Shown one piece after another: positions 60,163 through 64,000 of a stretch of 64,000 nucleotides of DNA. The stretch's first letter is position 1; each line of letters opens with the position of its first letter. A model generated the notes under the pieces. It did not search any database. It saw only the letters and a program-made list of their open reading frames with translations, and was not told the origin of the DNA. The translations under genes and the position numbers were made by a program. Origin of the DNA: Candidatus Kapaibacterium sp. (GTDB lineage: Bacteria; Bacteroidota; Ignavibacteria; Kapaibacteriales; UBA2268); NCBI GenBank assembly GCA_963664875.1, contig OY761611.1, positions 192,001 through 256,000 on the forward strand, given 5' to 3'.

Positions 60163-61632
60163 TTGAAACTGTTATGCATAGTAATTTTATATTTTGGAAT
60201 TATCTTTACTTCATTACATGCTTCAGGAAAGCAAACTCTCGATAGTACTTTCCGACTTAGTTATAATGAGAATCAAGAAGCAGTGTTGTTTACTTCTTCT
60301 ATGAAATATGATTCCTTGGGGCGGTTGCTCTGGTTGAAAGACTATGAAGTAGATTATTATACAGGAAATATATTGAAACACATCGAGAATAAATTTGTTT
60401 ATAGTGGAGATTATATCACTTTCCACATTTATTCAGAAATAAATCCTAAAACAAAAGGACTACTTTCTCAGAAAATACACAGAGATTATTATAATGATAA
60501 AGGTTTGCTTGAAAAAACAGTCAATTCTGTTGTTGTAATCGACTCTATGTATATTGCACCTGTTGATAGCATAGAATATGAATATGATGAAGAAGGATTT
60601 TTAAGAACAAAAATTGAGTATAAAACGAATGGTATCTATAAAACTATTTACGAAGGTGGTAGTTTAGTAGTTTCTGAATACTATTATGTATTGCAGCCGG
60701 AAACTAATATTTGGGAGCAAATTTTAGAAAGAAAACATAGATATTACGATGATAGAGGTAATTTGACCCGTGTATTTATAGTACACTGGTTTAACGATTT
60801 TCCTAAAACGCACACATATGATTATCAATATAAGTATGATTCTCTAGATCGTTTGATTGATTATGAATTCTATGATGATGATTTATATAGCCCACCGTTT
60901 CCTGCTGATAAAGTTTCTTATTTTTATAATAAGTTCAATAAACTTGACTCTGTTTTAGATTATCGCTGCAATTATATTGGAGGACCTGAAAATTGGGACT
61001 TTGTAGTTTTTGAAGCTACACGTTACTTTTATGACAGTGAAGGAACTTTAGAAGAAATTAAATTTGATCAAATAACTGATTATTTACCTTTGTCATATCA
61101 TTCGATTGCTCTATCAGATGAATTGAATAATATTGTTAGAATTGAAAAGACAACAAGCCAAAAAGATGTAATCATAAAGAAAGAACTGATTGAATATAGC
61201 TATAATAAAAATGTACTCTTCTCTGATATAATTCTTCCAAATGATGATTGCTTTGATGACTTATTTTCTTTTAAAAATAGACTTAATACCCAAAGAAATT
61301 ATAAATGGGACTATGAGCAAAAAGAATATAATCTAATTGGCATGAATAATTATTTTTACTCTGATTTTTCTACGGATATAGTAGAAGTTAGAAATATCAA
61401 TAGCAAAGTTTTAGTCTATCCAAACCCTGCATCAAACTATATTTACTTTAAAACATTGGAAGAGACTTCGGGTAAGATAAGTATTTACAATGTAGAAGGT
61501 GAGCTACTTATTTATCAGCATATAGATGCCTTTGCTCCTATAAATATTCAAAAACTTGGGATAGGTACTTACTATTTTGTTTTTGAAAGTGACGGGAAGC
61601 AGGAGAGAGGAAAGTTTGTTGTGGAGAGATAA
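60163..61632 (+). CDS. Secreted YD-like repeat protein with T9SS-type CTD (copy 2)
   Basis: TTG start, signal peptide, YDSLGRL / YDDRGNL / YDSLDRL repeats, near-identical CTD to copy 1. Confidence 0.8.
   Translation: MKLLCIVILYFGIIFTSLHASGKQTLDSTFRLSYNENQEAVLFTSSMKYDSLGRLLWLKDYEVDYYTGNILKHIENKFVYSGDYITFHIYSEINPKTKGLLSQKIHRDYYNDKGLLEKTVNSVVVIDSMYIAPVDSIEYEYDEEGFLRTKIEYKTNGIYKTIYEGGSLVVSEYYYVLQPETNIWEQILERKHRYYDDRGNLTRVFIVHWFNDFPKTHTYDYQYKYDSLDRLIDYEFYDDDLYSPPFPADKVSYFYNKFNKLDSVLDYRCNYIGGPENWDFVVFEATRYFYDSEGTLEEIKFDQITDYLPLSYHSIALSDELNNIVRIEKTTSQKDVIIKKELIEYSYNKNVLFSDIILPNDDCFDDLFSFKNRLNTQRNYKWDYEQKEYNLIGMNNYFYSDFSTDIVEVRNINSKVLVYPNPASNYIYFKTLEETSGKISIYNVEGELLIYQHIDAFAPINIQKLGIGTYYFVFESDGKQERGKFVVER
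61415..61632 (+). repeat. CTD-coding direct repeat, copy 2
   Basis: Matches 59793-60010. Confidence 0.95.
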
Positions 61633-61667
61633 AAAAAAGCTACCTGAATTACTTTAGGTAGCTTCTT
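61631..61667. terminator. Terminator hairpin, with the U-tract on the minus strand
   Basis: A8-GCTACCT...AGGTAGC-TTCTT. Confidence 0.8.
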
Positions 61668-61689
61668 AGAACAGAATTATAGGCAATTA

Positions 61690-61845
61690 TTACATTTTGC
61701 CGTTTCTTTTCAAAACATCTCTTGCGATGATAAATTTCTGGATTTCGTTTGTACCTTCGAAGATTTTGTTGATTCTGGAATCTCTGTAGAATCTTTCGAT
61801 TGGCATTTCACGAGAGAAGCCCTTACCGTCGTGAAGCTGCATTGC
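61690..61845 (-). pseudogene. 3' fragment of an acyl-CoA dehydrogenase gene
   Basis: Minus strand reads AMQLHDGKGFSREMPIERFYRDSRINKIFEGTNEIQKFIIARDVLKRNGKM*, matching the ACAD C-terminal Q.HGG.G...ER.YRD.....EGT.EIQ motif. In-frame stop immediately upstream. Confidence 0.88.
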
Positions 61846-62007
61846 TTAGAGTAGAAAGGATTGAGCATAAAGCGTCACGTGTGGGATTTGATTGGGACCG
61901 CTAAAAATGATGTTTGGGCAAAAATAGAAGACGAATGTTCCGAACTCAAAGATATGACTTTGGGAGAAATGGATGAACTATGGTATAAAGCAAAAGTAGA
62001 ATTATAA
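61839..62007 (+). pseudogene. mazG: 3' fragment of mazG with a frameshift and internal deletion
   Basis: ALLRVERIEHKASRVGFDWD, then in the +1 frame AKNDVWAKIEDECSELKDMTLGEMDELWYKAKVEL*. Has MazG GFDW and MTL.EMD.LW motifs; the intervening E.GDLLF segment is absent. Confidence 0.8.
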
Positions 62008-62048
62008 AAAAAGCAGGGTAGAGGTTTTTTTTAAATTCTCAGCCCTGC
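62006..62048. terminator. Hairpin/terminator between the mazG remnant and the zinc-ribbon gene
   Basis: A-run, GCAGGG..GAG ... CTC..CCCTGC. Confidence 0.65.
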
Positions 62049-62078
62049 ATTACCTATTTGACTTAAATCGAAAATAAC

Positions 62079-62315
62079 TTATTCAGCCCAGTGTGGCATA
62101 GCTTTCATGTAGTTACCAGCACGCTCAAAAGCCTGCTCTTTTGTGATATTAGGCTGCCACATCATCAGCCATTCTGAAATGCCACCTTGTATGGCTTCTT
62201 TTGGAGGAACTACACCGTTGTCGTCTTTGCAATATTTGCAATAGTTTTCGTGTTTGCCTTGGAAGTCAGGCATTGATAAAGGGGCACCGCAAGAGAAACA
62301 GAATTTTTGTTCCAT
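62079..62315 (-). CDS. Putative zinc-ribbon protein
   Basis: FCFSCGAPL ... YCKYC, C-terminal MPHW. Confidence 0.8.
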   Translation of the reverse strand: MEQKFCFSCGAPLSMPDFQGKHENYCKYCKDDNGVVPPKEAIQGGISEWLMMWQPNITKEQAFERAGNYMKAMPHWAE

Positions 62316-62373
62316 GATCGAAATTCCTTGTTATTATTGTGAATCAATTACGATACAAAAATAAGCAGGCATG

Positions 62374-62393
62374 TATGACAACAGTGTGTCATA
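62374..62393. promoter_or_regulatory. Putative WYL-regulator operator 1
   Basis: TATGACA-ACAGTG-TGTCATA perfect inverted repeat, 10 nt from a minus-strand TATTTTTG element. Confidence 0.78.
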
Positions 62394-62431
62394 TATTTCG
62401 AGATATAAAAAATATTTAGAAAAAAATAGAT

Positions 62432-63058
62432 TTACCCTTCTACCTGAAAACGCAATACTGTTTTTAAATTCTCAGGTTCAACTTTTCTTGCATCAGTCAG
62501 ATAAATCTCTTTGTGAACTTTCGAAATTCGCTTGAGTCCGTTTTCTTCGGCAAAATTTTCCATCATAAGAAAACTTTCAGGTTCATTATCGTAACTACCT
62601 ATATGTAGCATTTGAATACATTTCCCTTCAGAAATTGATTCAAATCGTACTTTGTCTATCAAAGGGTTCACAGATTTGGATTTAACCATAGTAAGCATTT
62701 TCTCTGCATAATCTGAATTAACAAAATCAGGTTGCCTAATCATGAGATGGAATACTAAATCATTCTTGTCAAGCTGATAGTCCTTAGTTTGTTTTGCTTT
62801 TTCGTTAACATCCCAAAAACCCTCCAAGGGATAGACAGTGTATTCATAGAAACCTTCCGGTTGGATATTTTTCTTATGACTCATTCTTATAGCGTAAGAA
62901 GCAGAGTACAAGATTTCTATATATGCAGCAAAATATTCACTATTGGGATTGCCTTCACCTCGTATTGTGAAATATTTCATATCCGGTATTTCGATTATTT
63001 CCGGTTTACTTTTAGGGAGATAGAGACTCTTCTCTTTTTTACGCCATTCATGCTTCAT
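62432..63058 (-). CDS. GyrI-like small-molecule-binding domain protein
   Basis: MKHEWRKKEK.LY, G.GNPN, VYPLEGFW, MIRQP, EG.C.QMLH.GSYD.EP, H.EIYL.D.R. Confidence 0.88.
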   Translation of the reverse strand: MKHEWRKKEKSLYLPKSKPEIIEIPDMKYFTIRGEGNPNSEYFAAYIEILYSASYAIRMSHKKNIQPEGFYEYTVYPLEGFWDVNEKAKQTKDYQLDKNDLVFHLMIRQPDFVNSDYAEKMLTMVKSKSVNPLIDKVRFESISEGKCIQMLHIGSYDNEPESFLMMENFAEENGLKRISKVHKEIYLTDARKVEPENLKTVLRFQVEG

Positions 63059-63112
63059 GTCATACTCTCAATTAAAGGCCAGAATAGTTGGATAGTAAAA
63101 TACAAGAACAAG

Positions 63113-63132
63113 TATGACTACTGTGTGTCATA
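63113..63132. promoter_or_regulatory. Putative WYL-regulator operator 2
   Basis: TATGACT-ACTGTG-TGTCATA, 18/20 identical to operator 1; overlaps the WYL gene stop codon. Confidence 0.75.
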
Positions 63133-64000
63133 TATTCGAGGCAGTATATAGTTTTTCAATTTGTTTTATTCTTTTTTGTAGTTCTTCGCGCAATTCGGTT
63201 GGTTCAATTATTTCGACTGCACTGCCGTAACTTAGTATCATGCCAAAAAACCAGTTATCTATTGGCACTGTGTAATGTATATATATTCCGTCGTTTTTAT
63301 ATTCTTTTTTCCATTCTTTAAAATAATCGTCTATGATATATCTCATTTCATTATCGAAACGGAGAACTGTCTTTGTTGATACATTTTCTGATCTGGTCTG
63401 ATACGTTTTATCTAATTCTTCGATATCCAATTCTTTTCTTTTAAAATTACTATCCAGCATTTCGATATCTTTCATTCTCGAAATACGAAAAACTCGGAAT
63501 TCAGAACGCAAATTGCAGTATGAATATAAGTACCAAGAATACCATTTGAACATAATCATGTGAGGCTCGACGGTACGTTCTGTTTTTTCGCCTTTAAAGC
63601 TAATATAATTGAATCGTATCATTTTCGTAGAATTGATAGCTTCATTAAGCATCTGCATTTTGGTATTATCTTCATCTTTGATTTTTAGAGATGAGAAATC
63701 AAATCTAAGTTTTTCTTTTTTATCAAGAACAATATCCGAATTGGCAGACAGTAAGCCACGCAATTTAATTATTGTACTTTCCAATCTTTCATCGTGGTAT
63801 GTTGAAGAAAGCGACTCCAAGGAAGACATTATATAAAATAAGTCCTCGTTGTCAACAAGTCGGGCATCCAACTTGTATGTATTCATAATCCCAAATCCAC
63901 CATCTTTGCCCATTTCGGACACTATCGGGATTCCTGATTCGGATAGGTAATCCATATCACGCAGGATTGTGCGAACAGAAACATCAAAGTGCTCAGCAAG
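63128..64000 (-). CDS. YafY-family HTH-WYL-WCX transcriptional regulator, 5'-truncated by the window edge
   Basis: Frame open to base 64000 (LAEHFDVSVRTILRDMDYL, HTH); R.VEP, SWYLYSYC, R.FRISRM; WCX ILSYG..VEIIEP.ELR. Confidence 0.92.
   Translation of the reverse strand, partial: LAEHFDVSVRTILRDMDYLSESGIPIVSEMGKDGGFGIMNTYKLDARLVDNEDLFYIMSSLESLSSTYHDERLESTIIKLRGLLSANSDIVLDKKEKLRFDFSSLKIKDEDNTKMQMLNEAINSTKMIRFNYISFKGEKTERTVEPHMIMFKWYSWYLYSYCNLRSEFRVFRISRMKDIEMLDSNFKRKELDIEELDKTYQTRSENVSTKTVLRFDNEMRYIIDDYFKEWKKEYKNDGIYIHYTVPIDNWFFGMILSYGSAVEIIEPTELREELQKRIKQIEKLYTASNI

Noticed and set aside
59793-61632. Near-identical 3' repeats as a DGR template/variable repeat pair
   Set aside because: The mismatches are not adenine-specific (they include C/T, G/T and T/C), both copies are in-frame coding ends, and no reverse transcriptase is in the window.
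1-64000. tRNA, rRNA or CRISPR arrays
   Set aside because: No cloverleaf or T-loop signature, rRNA-like segment or regularly spaced repeat was recognised by eye; tRNAscan-SE and Infernal would be needed to exclude them.

Overview
AT-rich bacterial chromosome segment, densely coding. It most likely comes from an FCB-group lineage related to Ignavibacteria/Kapabacteria, based on T9SS-type C-terminal sorting domains, a porX-tsaE pair, TAnnTTTG-type promoters with GGAG ribosome-binding sites, and a fused E2o-E1o kgd. Most of it is housekeeping or envelope genes: fetAB-like ABC pair, M16 and TldD/PmbA peptidase pairs with signal peptides, kbl, mrdA, nuoD, trmH, rimM-trmD, kgd, queG, ppiD-like, menE, nth and rsmG. 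I recognised no tRNA, rRNA, CRISPR array, integrase or intact transposase. The most notable structures are: (1) two tandem T9SS cargo genes with divergent YD-like bodies but ~95% identical 3' CTD DNA and a duplicated promoter; (2) a 320-bp back-to-back chimera of acyl-CoA dehydrogenase and mazG 3' ends, each with its terminator; (3) a WYL regulator with two matching palindromic operators in front of GyrI-like and zinc-ribbon genes; (4) an uncharacterised DUF134/DUF5320/NifX-like/ATPase-ferredoxin/DUF89 cluster with a candidate operator; (5) a HybA/NrfD/13-heme cytochrome module with no catalytic subunit; (6) a cluster of DnaA-box-like sites; (7) a recurring ECF-type promoter motif before exported-protein genes. 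All family assignments are from motif recognition by eye; no database search was run.
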